Assembly: GCA_963990035.1 (NCBI GenBank)
Contig: CAXDMJ010000004.1
Location: 879-64,878 of the forward strand
Length of the DNA stretch: 64,000 bases
Source: an uncultured Candidatus Poseidoniales archaeon
Lineage (GTDB): Archaea > Thermoplasmatota > Poseidoniia > Poseidoniales > Thalassarchaeaceae
Reading direction: 5' to 3'
The position numbers were made by a program, and so were the translations under genes. The notes beneath the pieces are model-generated. The model saw only the letters and a program-made list of their open reading frames with translations. It ran no database searches and had not been told where the DNA came from. Of this stretch, positions 46,297-56,621 are shown one piece after another. Position 1 is the stretch's first letter, and each line of letters opens with the position of its first letter.

Positions 46297-46313
46297 GGCT
46301 CTCTAAGAGAGCC
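46297..46313 (+). other. GC-rich hairpin abutting the start codon of the S8 protease gene
   Basis: GGCTCTC-TAA-GAGAGCC gives a perfect 7-bp stem and 3-nt loop, ending 1 nt before the ATG at 46314. It lies 53 nt downstream of the rhomboid stop. Its role (terminator versus translational element) is unknown. Confidence 0.4.
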
Positions 46314-49300
46314 ATGACAGGAGCATCAAAAACAGTAGTTCCAATGTTAGTTGTAGCATTGATGCTAATACTAGATTTATCAGCTGGAGTTTCAGCTATG
46401 ATTCCAGAAGAAGACAACATTAACGATTTGGAAAACCATATTTCAGAAATTCCTGAATTGATGTGTCAAGGAGAAGTTTGTCCAGAAAAATTCCTTGGAG
46501 TAGGATTCCCTCCGTGGGATGCTAGAACTGCTGTAGAAAGTCCTTATTGGTGGGTTGATTTTTCAACCGATCAAGATTCTAATGGCATGGAAGATAGTTT
46601 ACAATATATGATTGATGGTCAAAAAGAATCTCATTCAGCAACGGCAATACTTGGCGATGATGGTAGAATGACTACTGCAATAATAGTGGGCTATTCATGG
46701 CACCCCGGAGAGACTGATTTGGAAAATTTAAAACAGATATTAATTGAACACGGATGGGAGGAAGATGGTTCCTGGTTTTTCCCAGTAGAGTACATTGATT
46801 CAGTAGTAATTGACCATGTCCCTGTAAGTTCATTAATTCAGATATGGCAATTAGATGGAGTGGTTATGATTGAAGAACAAGATAAGATTGTATCATACCT
46901 AAGTGTGGCTACTAGAGGTTCAAAAGTTAGAAATTCAGATGTTTATGATGAAACTTTAAGAGATTTTGGTTATGATGGATCTGGAGTGGTTATAGCTGTT
47001 TTAGATTCAGGAGTAGATAATGAACATTTTTCATTAGATGATTTTTCAGATGAAAATAATGATAACGAAAATCAGCCAGATGATTTAAGTGACCCGAAAT
47101 GGGTAGGTGGATGCGATGCCACCTCATGGAACTCACAAGAATGTAATGATGGAGAATTTGACCCAGATGATGGGAATGGACATGGAACTCATGTAGCAGG
47201 TATTGCATTAGGAACCGGAGATGAAAGAAGAGTAAACCAAGGATACGCTCCTGGATCTTACCTTGTAGATGTCAAAGTGATGACTGACTCAGGAGGGAGT
47301 GCAGGTGGAGATGAAGGACCTATAATCAAAGGACTACAATGGGTTCTTCAAAATGTCAATACTGATTGGGGGAATAATGACTCAAGTGAAGGAATCGATG
47401 TCATGACAATGTCATTTGGTAGTGGAAGTTCACCTGTTGGAGAAAATGATCAAGGAGATGATGGAAATAACTCTGCAGCGAGATTAGTTAATGATTGCGC
47501 GGAGGCAGGGATTGTCCCTATTGCCGCTATAGGTAATGATGGAACTAATCGAGTTACATCTGTAGGAGCAGCTGATGCGGCAATAACAGTGGGAGCAATT
47601 GATGACCAAAACACAATACAACGTAATGACGATGAAATTGCTGATTACTCAAACTCTGGACCAAGGGTAGATGATAATGATGAAAATAAATGGGATGAAT
47701 TGAAACCAGATGTTGTCGCACCAGGTTCAGGTATCACATCTGCACAACATGCTGCATCATCATCTACAATTCCTGGACAAGATTCTACTGGATTAGCAGA
47801 TGATGGATACGTATCAATGGATGGGACAAGTATGTCCACACCAGCAGTAGCCGGATTAGTTGCAGTTATTTTACAAATTGATGACGAACTCGAACCGCAA
47901 GAAGTTAAAGATCTTCTTCGTAATAATTCACAAGTAAAAGGTTCTCCATCGATGCCTTCAGTATCAGACATATGGAATGAGGATTATGGTTTTGGAATAA
48001 TTGATGGAAATCTAATCCTTCAGGCACTACTTGGAGATGACAATGGGGGGGGTGATGGTCCAGGTAACGATACAGGTGGCGGTGATCCACCAGTAGATGG
48101 AACTGGAAACTGGGCTGTAATTGAAAAACCTAGTGGACTATGGCTTATTGAAGGTCAAAGTTACAGCGTTCGTGGACATATTACGGAAGCGGGAGAAGAA
48201 AATGGAAGTACTGAAGAAGTCCAAGTTCGAGTCACTTACAAATATAGACCTACAGGGGGAGGTCCTCTTTCTACTGGAGTTTTAGTTGACTGGCATCAAG
48301 CATTTGGTACAGTAAATTGGACTACTAACTTTGATTTACCAAATTTTGAAGAAGAGGAAGATATTGACGCGGAAACTCTTCAGATAGAGGTGAAATCTAG
48401 GAATGAATTCGAGCAATGGAGTAATACTACTAAAAAAACACATAATATTGGTGAAATATCTCTAGAAGTTAATTCGCCAAGTAGTCAAGATATTGTAAGT
48501 GGTAATATTGAAATTAGTGGTTTATTAAAGACAGTAGAGGGGGCACAATTACAATGGAGATTAGGGACAGATGATTGGAAAAATAGGACTTACTATTCTG
48601 GAAGTGGGAATGAAGAAATAGAATGGTCAATGCCATGGGATACAAGAGATAATGATGATGGAATACAAAGATTTTCTGTCAGATTCGTAAGTGGAGCAGG
48701 GGTTGCTTCTGAAGAAATTCGTACCAGTATAGAGATTGATAATAACCCTCCCTCTCCTGATTTAATGTTTAGAACAGGGATATCAGTACAAGAATATGGT
48801 ATTCCAATAACTGAGACCTATGTCAATACATTTTTGGAAGCTAAAATACAAATTAGAAATATTGGAGATTTATCTGCAGATGAACTTTCAATATACCTAT
48901 TAGAAGATGGTTTCAGAAGAGATGAAATCATCATTCAGAGCATAGGTAGTGGAGATATCATAGAGATATCATTATCTTGGAATCCATCAACAGTTGGAGA
49001 TATACAATTAACTATCTCACTGGACCCACTCGATGAAATACAGGAGAATAATGAATCTGATAATGATATTTCAATTATTTTCCCGGTTTTACAGAGACCT
49101 CAGGGGGTAGATTTGGCATTCAGAGATGGCGCTGTTAAGACTGAACCATCAATACCTAGACCTAACGAACAATTCCTAATAACAGGAAGAATTGACAACT
49201 TAGGATCTAGTAATGCAATGAATGTAGGCGCTACACTTTGGTTTAAGAATGAACTTGGATGGATGGAAATTACCTCGACGACTATTTCACTTGTTGTTGG

Positions 49301-51098
49301 TCAAGGAGCGAGTTTAGTTTCATTCGCACATATTTCTAATGAGGTAGGTCCAATAGAAATGAAGATAACAATACAAGGAGATACTTTGAGTGACTTAGAC
49401 TGGAGTAATAATGAAATAATTACAACCATATTAGTTGATCAATCATCACTTACAGGTGCTAGGAAAATCTCTTTTAGTTATGGTGAAGAACCGGTGAAGA
49501 TTTTAGATCTAAATGGTGAAGGATTAGTCATCACTAGTAAAGATGGAGGATTATCATTATATCGTTTAAATTCTAATCTCGCATTAATTCCTTGCTCAAA
49601 TTCGCTTGAAGTAAAATGGTCAGGAGATTTCACATCATGGAGCACTGGAGACGGATATGCCCATATTGCTTGGACTAGAAGATATATAGATAATCAAGGT
49701 TATTTCCAACAAACATTGAGCTATTCAAGAATAGATGCTTCATGCGAAATGACACCTATACAGGACTTAATGCAACCTATATCATTATCAGATGGTAAAT
49801 ACTATGGCATAGACATAGACGTACAAGGAACTGAAGTAATAATAGGGGGTTATCATAGAGATATATCGACTGGAGGAACATATGATGATTTAACAAATGT
49901 TTTCTTACTAACTTCAGATTTCCCTACATCATCCTCCGATTGGACATTTACTCCAAATATCATTGCCGATATTGAAATTAACATGAATGAAGCAGACCCG
50001 GTAGTTGTTGAATTTGGAGAGGAACATACACATGTCCTATATCAATCGAATAGAGATGACATTACTGGGGATGAAAGACTAGGTTTATGGTATTCCCATG
50101 GCTCTAGTAAGCAATCATCTTGGGCATATAAAAAATCAATAGGAGACGAGGCAGGGATGCACCAGATGTCTGTAAAAACAATAGATGAAAAAGATAATAT
50201 TTTCATAGTTTGGAAGGAAGGAATTAATTCAGAATCAAAGTTAATTGCTATGATTACTGATTCGACTTTGACTCCTAAAGATAATCTCAGTATAGAAGTA
50301 AATGCGAAAGGATTAGGGAACATACAAATGACCGAAACTCATCTAGGTATACAGATATTCTATGACTTTGTAGGACCTACTGGAACACAAATACAATATG
50401 GAATGATGAGTCCTACAGAAGATAAACAATGGATCGGACTCTCAGACAGAATAACTTCAGGAAAAAATCATCTTTCATCAACAGATAGAAGTCCATTAAG
50501 TGACCAAACTCTTCTAATGACTTGGAATGAATTATCTGGTTGGGAGATTAGAGCATTAATTGACGACAGTGACCCCGATAAGGGTGAATTGAATTTACTA
50601 GATGGATTCAGAATATATTTAGGACTTGATGAACAAAACTTTGGAATTTTAATGTCAGGTATTGCGATAACTGTACTACTTCTTTGCCTACTAGTTCTAA
50701 CTACAATGTCATTTAATGCAGTCAAATGGGTAGGAAGAAAAAGAAGAAAAGTAGCATATGGGAATATTATTTTGGAAGAAAATGTAGTGGATATAGTTGA
50801 ACCAACTGATATTGAAATAAAATCATCTGAAATCGAACTAATCGATAGCGACCAAAATGACGGAGCAATTTCTAGAAAAGAAAGAAGAAATGAAAGGCAA
50901 ATCGAAGAATTAGCAACAGATGAAAATAGAGTAAATACACCAGTACTTAGTATGCCACCACCAATAATTAATGGAATGGCTGAATCACAACAAATTAATC
51001 GTCCAGTTGTTTGCCCAGATTGTTCGTCTAGATTTGAAATATCTGTAGATTTAAAAATGATTAAATGTCCTATTTGTAACATTAGAATAGACCTATAG
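46314..51098 (+). CDS. Giant surface protein 3: subtilisin-like (S8) serine protease, Ig/CARDB-like domains, TM anchor, cytoplasmic tail ending in a zinc ribbon
   Basis: Signal VVPMLVVALMLILDLSAGVSA. Catalytic D231 (VIAVLDSGVD), H290 (GHGTHVAGIA) and S506 (DGTSMSTPAVAG). CARDB-like NIGDLSADELSIYL and NLGSSNAMNVGATLWF. TM GIAITVLLLCLLVLTTM. Tail ends CPDC-x14-CPIC. Confidence 0.8.
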   Translation: MTGASKTVVPMLVVALMLILDLSAGVSAMIPEEDNINDLENHISEIPELMCQGEVCPEKFLGVGFPPWDARTAVESPYWWVDFSTDQDSNGMEDSLQYMIDGQKESHSATAILGDDGRMTTAIIVGYSWHPGETDLENLKQILIEHGWEEDGSWFFPVEYIDSVVIDHVPVSSLIQIWQLDGVVMIEEQDKIVSYLSVATRGSKVRNSDVYDETLRDFGYDGSGVVIAVLDSGVDNEHFSLDDFSDENNDNENQPDDLSDPKWVGGCDATSWNSQECNDGEFDPDDGNGHGTHVAGIALGTGDERRVNQGYAPGSYLVDVKVMTDSGGSAGGDEGPIIKGLQWVLQNVNTDWGNNDSSEGIDVMTMSFGSGSSPVGENDQGDDGNNSAARLVNDCAEAGIVPIAAIGNDGTNRVTSVGAADAAITVGAIDDQNTIQRNDDEIADYSNSGPRVDDNDENKWDELKPDVVAPGSGITSAQHAASSSTIPGQDSTGLADDGYVSMDGTSMSTPAVAGLVAVILQIDDELEPQEVKDLLRNNSQVKGSPSMPSVSDIWNEDYGFGIIDGNLILQALLGDDNGGGDGPGNDTGGGDPPVDGTGNWAVIEKPSGLWLIEGQSYSVRGHITEAGEENGSTEEVQVRVTYKYRPTGGGPLSTGVLVDWHQAFGTVNWTTNFDLPNFEEEEDIDAETLQIEVKSRNEFEQWSNTTKKTHNIGEISLEVNSPSSQDIVSGNIEISGLLKTVEGAQLQWRLGTDDWKNRTYYSGSGNEEIEWSMPWDTRDNDDGIQRFSVRFVSGAGVASEEIRTSIEIDNNPPSPDLMFRTGISVQEYGIPITETYVNTFLEAKIQIRNIGDLSADELSIYLLEDGFRRDEIIIQSIGSGDIIEISLSWNPSTVGDIQLTISLDPLDEIQENNESDNDISIIFPVLQRPQGVDLAFRDGAVKTEPSIPRPNEQFLITGRIDNLGSSNAMNVGATLWFKNELGWMEITSTTISLVVGQGASLVSFAHISNEVGPIEMKITIQGDTLSDLDWSNNEIITTILVDQSSLTGARKISFSYGEEPVKILDLNGEGLVITSKDGGLSLYRLNSNLALIPCSNSLEVKWSGDFTSWSTGDGYAHIAWTRRYIDNQGYFQQTLSYSRIDASCEMTPIQDLMQPISLSDGKYYGIDIDVQGTEVIIGGYHRDISTGGTYDDLTNVFLLTSDFPTSSSDWTFTPNIIADIEINMNEADPVVVEFGEEHTHVLYQSNRDDITGDERLGLWYSHGSSKQSSWAYKKSIGDEAGMHQMSVKTIDEKDNIFIVWKEGINSESKLIAMITDSTLTPKDNLSIEVNAKGLGNIQMTETHLGIQIFYDFVGPTGTQIQYGMMSPTEDKQWIGLSDRITSGKNHLSSTDRSPLSDQTLLMTWNELSGWEIRALIDDSDPDKGELNLLDGFRIYLGLDEQNFGILMSGIAITVLLLCLLVLTTMSFNAVKWVGRKRRKVAYGNIILEENVVDIVEPTDIEIKSSEIELIDSDQNDGAISRKERRNERQIEELATDENRVNTPVLSMPPPIINGMAESQQINRPVVCPDCSSRFEISVDLKMIKCPICNIRIDL

Positions 51099-51107
51099 GT
51101 GTCAACT

Positions 51108-51740
51108 ATGCGAGTATTGCTTGCATCCGCATCTAAACGAAGACTTGTATGCCTACAGGATATATTAGATAACCAAGAACTTATGGCTCAACCATTATAT
51201 TCAGATGAAAAAGATATAATTAATGGTAAGAGTGTTGAAAAACAAGTAGAAGAAATATGCTTATCAAAAGCAGAGGCGGCGGCAATAGAATGGAGTATAA
51301 TCAAAGAAACAAGAGAAAAATTACCAGATATAATTATTGTTTCAGATACTATTGTTGAGGACCCAGATAATTATTTGATCCCTATGGGTCAGCCTAAGAA
51401 TAAAAACCAAGCAACAAATATGTTGTTAAGATTATCGGGGAAAAAACATAGAGTTTGGTCGTCTACAGCTATATTGATAAGGAAAAAAAAAACATATGAA
51501 CCATTACATGGAGAATGGAGATATAAAATATGGACGGATCATGCAGTTGTTGAGTTTAAGACACTAATAGATGACGATATAATCTCGTTAATTGAAAGTA
51601 ACTCTTGGGAAGGAAAAGCAGGAGGATATGATCTAGCAGGGTCCGCTAGTGAATATACCGAATTAAATCAAGGGGATGAATTAACAGTATTGGGATTTTC
51701 GTGTAGAGCAATAAAAGAACTTAAGGAAATTCTTCTCTAG
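51108..51740 (+). CDS. maf: Maf-like nucleoside-triphosphate pyrophosphatase
   Basis: VLLASASKRR, VSDTIV, KAGGYDLAG. The track start is a GTG at 51099, directly after the protease stop; an ATG lies at 51108. Confidence 0.7.
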   Translation: MRVLLASASKRRLVCLQDILDNQELMAQPLYSDEKDIINGKSVEKQVEEICLSKAEAAAIEWSIIKETREKLPDIIIVSDTIVEDPDNYLIPMGQPKNKNQATNMLLRLSGKKHRVWSSTAILIRKKKTYEPLHGEWRYKIWTDHAVVEFKTLIDDDIISLIESNSWEGKAGGYDLAGSASEYTELNQGDELTVLGFSCRAIKELKEILL

Positions 51741-52234
51741 ACAAAAACTACGCCGCCGAATTTAAGTACAAACTCTTTTTGAATTTCATCGAACCATTCC
51801 AACATAGTAACTGAAAAACGAATCGAAATAATTTCATCATCCATTAGTAAATCGTCTTGAATTCCTTTGAGAGTACCTGGAGCCGCACCACAAGATACAC
51901 AAGCACCATCTAAATCAATCACTAAGGATAAGGCTTTGTCACCAGTATAGGTTTCTTCGATTTCAGCGGAACTAATAATTAATCCACCACCGTGACCATC
52001 AAGAGCGGCTCTAACAGCCCCTAATCTAGACATTAATGCAGGAATTAATTCAGAATCATCTGATTCAAATAATTCAATTAGAGAAAGTTTACTAAGACGT
52101 CGTAATTCTTTGGGGTCATGATTCTCTGCAATTCTCCTAGCAGACTCTGCTTTCATTACCTCTTCAATTTGATCTCTATATGATTCAGATAGAGTTTTTT
52201 TGACAGGTAACTTATCCTCCGGAGATTCACTCAT
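51737..52234 (-). CDS. NifU C-terminal-domain (Nfu-like) Fe-S cluster protein
   Basis: ..LDGHGGGLII.. and LDGACVSCGAAPGTLKGIQDDL (the CxxC of the NifU_C domain). Divergent to sufCBD. Confidence 0.6.
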   Translation of the reverse strand: MSESPEDKLPVKKTLSESYRDQIEEVMKAESARRIAENHDPKELRRLSKLSLIELFESDDSELIPALMSRLGAVRAALDGHGGGLIISSAEIEETYTGDKALSLVIDLDGACVSCGAAPGTLKGIQDDLLMDDEIISIRFSVTMLEWFDEIQKEFVLKFGGVVFV

Positions 52235-52360
52235 CGAGTTAGCCGAAGAGGTTTTTCCACTTTAGGATGACCAATTAAAGATTTATCTACTAAATTATTT
52301 GAACATGGAAATATGCATCGGTTGAAAAGGGAGAACATACACGAAAGGTTAGGAAATAGC

Positions 52361-53125
52361 ATGTCTAATGAACCAAACTTACTAAAAATCCAAGATCTTT
52401 ATGCTGGGATTGAAGAAACCTCTATTCTTAAAGGTATTAATTTGAGTATTAAACCTGGAGAAATTCATGCAATAATGGGTAGGAATGGCAGTGGCAAAAC
52501 TACTACGGCAAATATAATAATGGGTCACCCAGATTATGAGGTAGAAAGTGGTATTGTAGAGCTTAATGGAGAAAATTTACTAGAGATGGAAGTCTTTGAA
52601 AGAGCGAGAAAAGGTGTTTTCCTATCATTTCAGTACCCACAATCAGTACCTGGTTTACAAGTTGGAAATTTTCTTCGTAAGTCAGTAGCAGCAATTCTAG
52701 GAGATGATGCGGCTAAGGGTCCCGTATTCAGAAAAAAACTCAAAGATAGTATGAAAGAATTAGATATACCATCCTCTTTCCTTGGAAGATATGTCAATGA
52801 TGGATTCAGTGGTGGAGAAAAGAAAAGATTTGAGATTTTACAATTAATGTTAATAAAACCTAAATTAGCTATTTTAGATGAAACTGATTCTGGATTGGAT
52901 ATAGATGGTATTAGAACCGTCGCAAAGGGAATTAATGCTGCAATTAGAGGAACTGATTCGGGTGCATTAATCATCACACACTATTCAAGAATACTAGAAC
53001 ATGTTCAACCAGATAAAATCCATGTATTAATTGCTGGTAAAATTGTTAAAACCGGAGGACCAGAATTGGCTCTTGAACTTGAAGAAAAAGGTTATGACTG
53101 GTTAGAGACTGACAAAAATGAATGA
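52361..53125 (+). CDS. sufC: Fe-S cluster assembly ATPase SufC
   Basis: [33 protein letters not shown] prefer the ATG at 52361 ([13 protein letters not shown]); the track ORF starts at 52313. Confidence 0.85.
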   Translation: MSNEPNLLKIQDLYAGIEETSILKGINLSIKPGEIHAIMGRNGSGKTTTANIIMGHPDYEVESGIVELNGENLLEMEVFERARKGVFLSFQYPQSVPGLQVGNFLRKSVAAILGDDAAKGPVFRKKLKDSMKELDIPSSFLGRYVNDGFSGGEKKRFEILQLMLIKPKLAILDETDSGLDIDGIRTVAKGINAAIRGTDSGALIITHYSRILEHVQPDKIHVLIAGKIVKTGGPELALELEEKGYDWLETDKNE

Positions 53126-54549
53126 AGGAGATGAAAATAATGACAACAAGTGAAGCACGTGATGTAGTTGGCGATTATAGCGCTGGCTGGCATGACCCTG
53201 AAAAACCAACTATTCGCTTTGACGCTGGACTTTCTGAGAAAGTAGTTAGAGATATATCAGAGTTAAAAAATGAACCTGAATGGATGACTGAAATGAGAGT
53301 AAAAGCATTCAAACATTTTGATGAAAGACCTATGCCTACATGGGGTAATATGTCAATGCTCAACGATATAGATTTTGATAAAATTTGTTACTATCTTCGT
53401 TCATCAGAGGCTACTGAAAATGACTGGGATGATGTCCCAGAAGATATTAGGAATACATTCGATAAATTAGGTATACCTGATGCTGAACAAAAGTGGCTCA
53501 GTGGAGTAACTGCTCAATATGATTCAGAAGCAGTATATCATTCAATTAGAGAAGATTTGCAAAAACAAGGAGTTATCTTCCTAGATATGGATACTGGCTT
53601 GAGAGAACACGAAGATCTTGTAAAGAAATGGTTCGGTAGTGTTGTCCCATTTTCGGATAATAAGTTTAGTGCTCTAAATACGGCAGTTTGGTCAGGTGGT
53701 TCTTTTATCTATGTGCCAAAAGGAGTCCATGTTGAGTTACCAGTTCAAGCATATTTTAGAATAAATGCAAATAATATGGGCCAGTTTGAAAGGACTTTGA
53801 TAATTGCTGATGAAGGAAGTAGTATACACTATGTAGAAGGTTGCACAGCTCCTACATTTTCATCTGATTCTTTACACTCAGCAGTTGTAGAACTTATTGC
53901 ACTACCAGGTGCACACATCAGATATAGTACGGTACAAAACTGGAGTGCTAATGTTTACAATCTTGTAACTAAGAGAGGTATTGCTCATGAGAACTCGAAG
54001 ATAGAATGGGTTGATGGAAACATAGGTAGTAAATTAACAATGAAATATCCATCAGTCATTCTAAAGGGAGAAGGAGCACATGCAGAAGTCATCTCAGTTG
54101 CATATTCTGGCGCTGGACAGCATCAGGATGCTGGTGCTAAAATACACCATCTCGCAAGTAATACCACGAGTAAAATATTATCTAAATCAATAAGTAAAGA
54201 TGGAGGAAGAGGTTCTTACAGAGGTTTAGTTACAGTGTCACCTAAGGCTGAAAATTGTAAATTAAATGTTGTATGTGATGCACTTATTCTAGATGAGAAA
54301 AGTAGAAGCGACACATACCCTACAATGGAAGTTGCAAATCCAACTGCTCGGTGTGAACACGAAGCAAGTGTTTCAAAAGTAAGCGATAATCAGTTATTCT
54401 ATCTTATGAGTCGAGGACACTCAGAAGAAGAATCTCTCGCTTTAATTGTAAATGGATTCTTTGAACCATTTACAAGAGAACTTCCTATGGAATATGCTGT
54501 TGAATTAAATCAATTAATGGCATTGGAAATGGAAGGAAGCATCGGTTAA
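53122..54549 (+). CDS. sufB: Fe-S cluster assembly scaffold SufB
   Basis: 475 aa. SufB-type blocks ..[23 protein letters not shown].., ..[19 protein letters not shown].. and ..[19 protein letters not shown]... ATGA overlap with sufC; an alternative ATG lies at 53140 after AAGGAG. Confidence 0.85.
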   Translation: MKEMKIMTTSEARDVVGDYSAGWHDPEKPTIRFDAGLSEKVVRDISELKNEPEWMTEMRVKAFKHFDERPMPTWGNMSMLNDIDFDKICYYLRSSEATENDWDDVPEDIRNTFDKLGIPDAEQKWLSGVTAQYDSEAVYHSIREDLQKQGVIFLDMDTGLREHEDLVKKWFGSVVPFSDNKFSALNTAVWSGGSFIYVPKGVHVELPVQAYFRINANNMGQFERTLIIADEGSSIHYVEGCTAPTFSSDSLHSAVVELIALPGAHIRYSTVQNWSANVYNLVTKRGIAHENSKIEWVDGNIGSKLTMKYPSVILKGEGAHAEVISVAYSGAGQHQDAGAKIHHLASNTTSKILSKSISKDGGRGSYRGLVTVSPKAENCKLNVVCDALILDEKSRSDTYPTMEVANPTARCEHEASVSKVSDNQLFYLMSRGHSEEESLALIVNGFFEPFTRELPMEYAVELNQLMALEMEGSIG

Positions 54550-54564
54550 ATAGGGGTTTGAAAA

Positions 54565-55671
54565 ATGAATTCTGGCCAAACATACCTATCTCTCGATGAG
54601 CCAAAGAATTCAAACCATCTATGGAGATATTCACCTTGGAAAAAGGTTCATCCAACAGGTAATATTAAAGAAATACCATTGGATTTTTCAATACCAGAAG
54701 TAAGTCTATGTTTACTTGATGGAAGCGATATATCTGAAAATTTTTCAATAGTTATGGAAGATATTGTCACGAGAAAAAATACATACAGTGACCCTGTATC
54801 AATGAACTTCATAGATGCTGTTTCGAATAATTCTAAGTTCACATTGAAAGTCAAAAATAATACAATTCTCAATCAACCGGCAATACTTAAGATTAATACA
54901 GGAGATTCTAGATCTGCAATGAATTTGACTGTAGAAATAGGAAGACACTGTGAATTTGAATTAGTAACACAAATAATAGGTGAAGCACCATGGTTTGGTT
55001 TATTACGTAACATCGAAATTGGTGAGGGTTCTATAATTAATGACATTTTAGTAGGACAAATGAATTCAGGAATATTTGTGAGAGTAGATGCAACGAATAT
55101 TGGTAGAGATGCGCAAGTTAAAGCAGGAAGCATTAGCTCTGGTTCTAAAAGAACTAAAGCTGATTTAAGATATATGATGGATGAAAATGGTGGTAACTTA
55201 AGAGTATTAGGTTCGATATTATCAGCTGATAAAATGCATATTGACCACCATATAGAGATACACCACGAAGCTCCCAATACGTTTAGTAGATTAGATTGGC
55301 ATTCTGCTTGTGGAGGTAATAGCAGAACAATAGGGACTGGAATGCTAAGAGTTGCAGATGGAGCAAAAGGCGCGGATGCTGGACAAATATTCCATAACTT
55401 ATTACTTTCAGAGAAAGCTGAAGCAGATAGTATACCGGAATTGGAAGTTAGTGAACATGACGTAGTAGGATGTGGACATGGAACTGCTAACGGACCAGTA
55501 GACGAAGAACAATTATTTTATTTAGAAGCCAGAGGATACAGCCCAGACGAGGCTAAAGATGCATTAATTGCTGCATTCCTAAATTCAACACTTACTGAAA
55601 TGGGTAGTGAGACATTACATCAGTGGCTAGCTAGCAACCTACAAGATGAACTAAAGTCATTAACAACATAA
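54565..55671 (+). CDS. sufD: Fe-S cluster assembly protein SufD
   Basis: SufB/D beta-helix C-terminal blocks ..PELEVSEHDVVGCGHGTANGPVDEEQLFYLEARG... Position after sufB. Confidence 0.7.
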   Translation: MNSGQTYLSLDEPKNSNHLWRYSPWKKVHPTGNIKEIPLDFSIPEVSLCLLDGSDISENFSIVMEDIVTRKNTYSDPVSMNFIDAVSNNSKFTLKVKNNTILNQPAILKINTGDSRSAMNLTVEIGRHCEFELVTQIIGEAPWFGLLRNIEIGEGSIINDILVGQMNSGIFVRVDATNIGRDAQVKAGSISSGSKRTKADLRYMMDENGGNLRVLGSILSADKMHIDHHIEIHHEAPNTFSRLDWHSACGGNSRTIGTGMLRVADGAKGADAGQIFHNLLLSEKAEADSIPELEVSEHDVVGCGHGTANGPVDEEQLFYLEARGYSPDEAKDALIAAFLNSTLTEMGSETLHQWLASNLQDELKSLTT

Positions 55672-55707
55672 GAAACAGATTTAGTACCGCTTCACCATAG
55701 CAGGTAC

Positions 55708-55848
55708 ATGGATTATGACCACTGCGAGCAGATTTTTTGCAGTTGTGGATTTAGAGGATCAGCAATACCTGTAAGACAACATATGGAATGCCCCACTTGT
55801 AGAAGAGTAGTAGAGGCATGTTGTGAAGGAGTCCCTAATTATTCATAA
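55708..55848 (+). CDS. Candidate small Cys-rich protein (46 aa) downstream of sufD
   Basis: Below the track cutoff. Translation: MDYDHCEQIFCSCGFRGSAIPVRQHMECPTCRRVVEACCEGVPNYS*. Seven Cys including CPTC. It fills most of the sufD-DUF2085 gap. No family recognised. Confidence 0.35.
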   Translation: MDYDHCEQIFCSCGFRGSAIPVRQHMECPTCRRVVEACCEGVPNYS

Positions 55849-55874
55849 ATTGAGAAAATAGTTGGAGGAATAAC

Positions 55875-56621
55875 ATGTTAGCCAATGGAAGAAATGAACG
55901 ATTAAGTGAGAAAAAGATTGGATTGATTATAGCATCTATAACTGGAGGATATCTCCTATTTCTTTTCATTACCCCTCTAATTTTAGCACCAGGTTCTGTT
56001 CCTGATTTATCAGGACGAGCGAATAGAATTGATTATGCAACAGAAGATGGGTGGGGGTCTTGGGGCAATACTAATAATGCAGAAGAACTGAATTGGGAAA
56101 TTCAAGAAGACATTGGTTTGTTTAGCTGGATGGATTTAAATCCAATTGCACTATTTGTTTATGGTTTTGGTGACTTGAATTGTCATCAAAAATATGAGCG
56201 TTCGTGGGAGATTAATGGAAATCAATTAGCAGTTTGTGTAAGAGATGTAGGATTATTTATTGGATTAGCAGTTGGAGCTTTATTGTGGAGACAAAGAGGA
56301 TTAAATCGATGGACACAAAGGGACTCTTTTTTGTCAGTATTTAGTGATGAGAGAATTGAATTTTTATATGAAAAAGATAGGAGAATGTTAGCTATGTTAA
56401 TTATACTTTCAATAGGTGCTATTCCGATAGGAATAGATGGTTTCAGGCAACTATTATTCCCATATGAATCTACAAATAGTATCAGGTTAATCACTGGTAT
56501 GGCTGCAGGTTTTGTTCTTTCTTGGTGGTTTTGTGCAGCAATCAGTTCCAAACCTAACAATTTCGAAGATGCCGGTTCAGTGATACTTCCTGCAAATGCT
56601 AAATTAGCTATCAAAGATTAA
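55875..56621 (+). CDS. DUF2085-family membrane protein
   Basis: CHQKYERSWEINGNQLAVCVRDVGLF matches the CHQ..RS...G.....C.R..G pattern of DUF2085. Several TM segments. Confidence 0.55.
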   Translation: MLANGRNERLSEKKIGLIIASITGGYLLFLFITPLILAPGSVPDLSGRANRIDYATEDGWGSWGNTNNAEELNWEIQEDIGLFSWMDLNPIALFVYGFGDLNCHQKYERSWEINGNQLAVCVRDVGLFIGLAVGALLWRQRGLNRWTQRDSFLSVFSDERIEFLYEKDRRMLAMLIILSIGAIPIGIDGFRQLLFPYESTNSIRLITGMAAGFVLSWWFCAAISSKPNNFEDAGSVILPANAKLAIKD

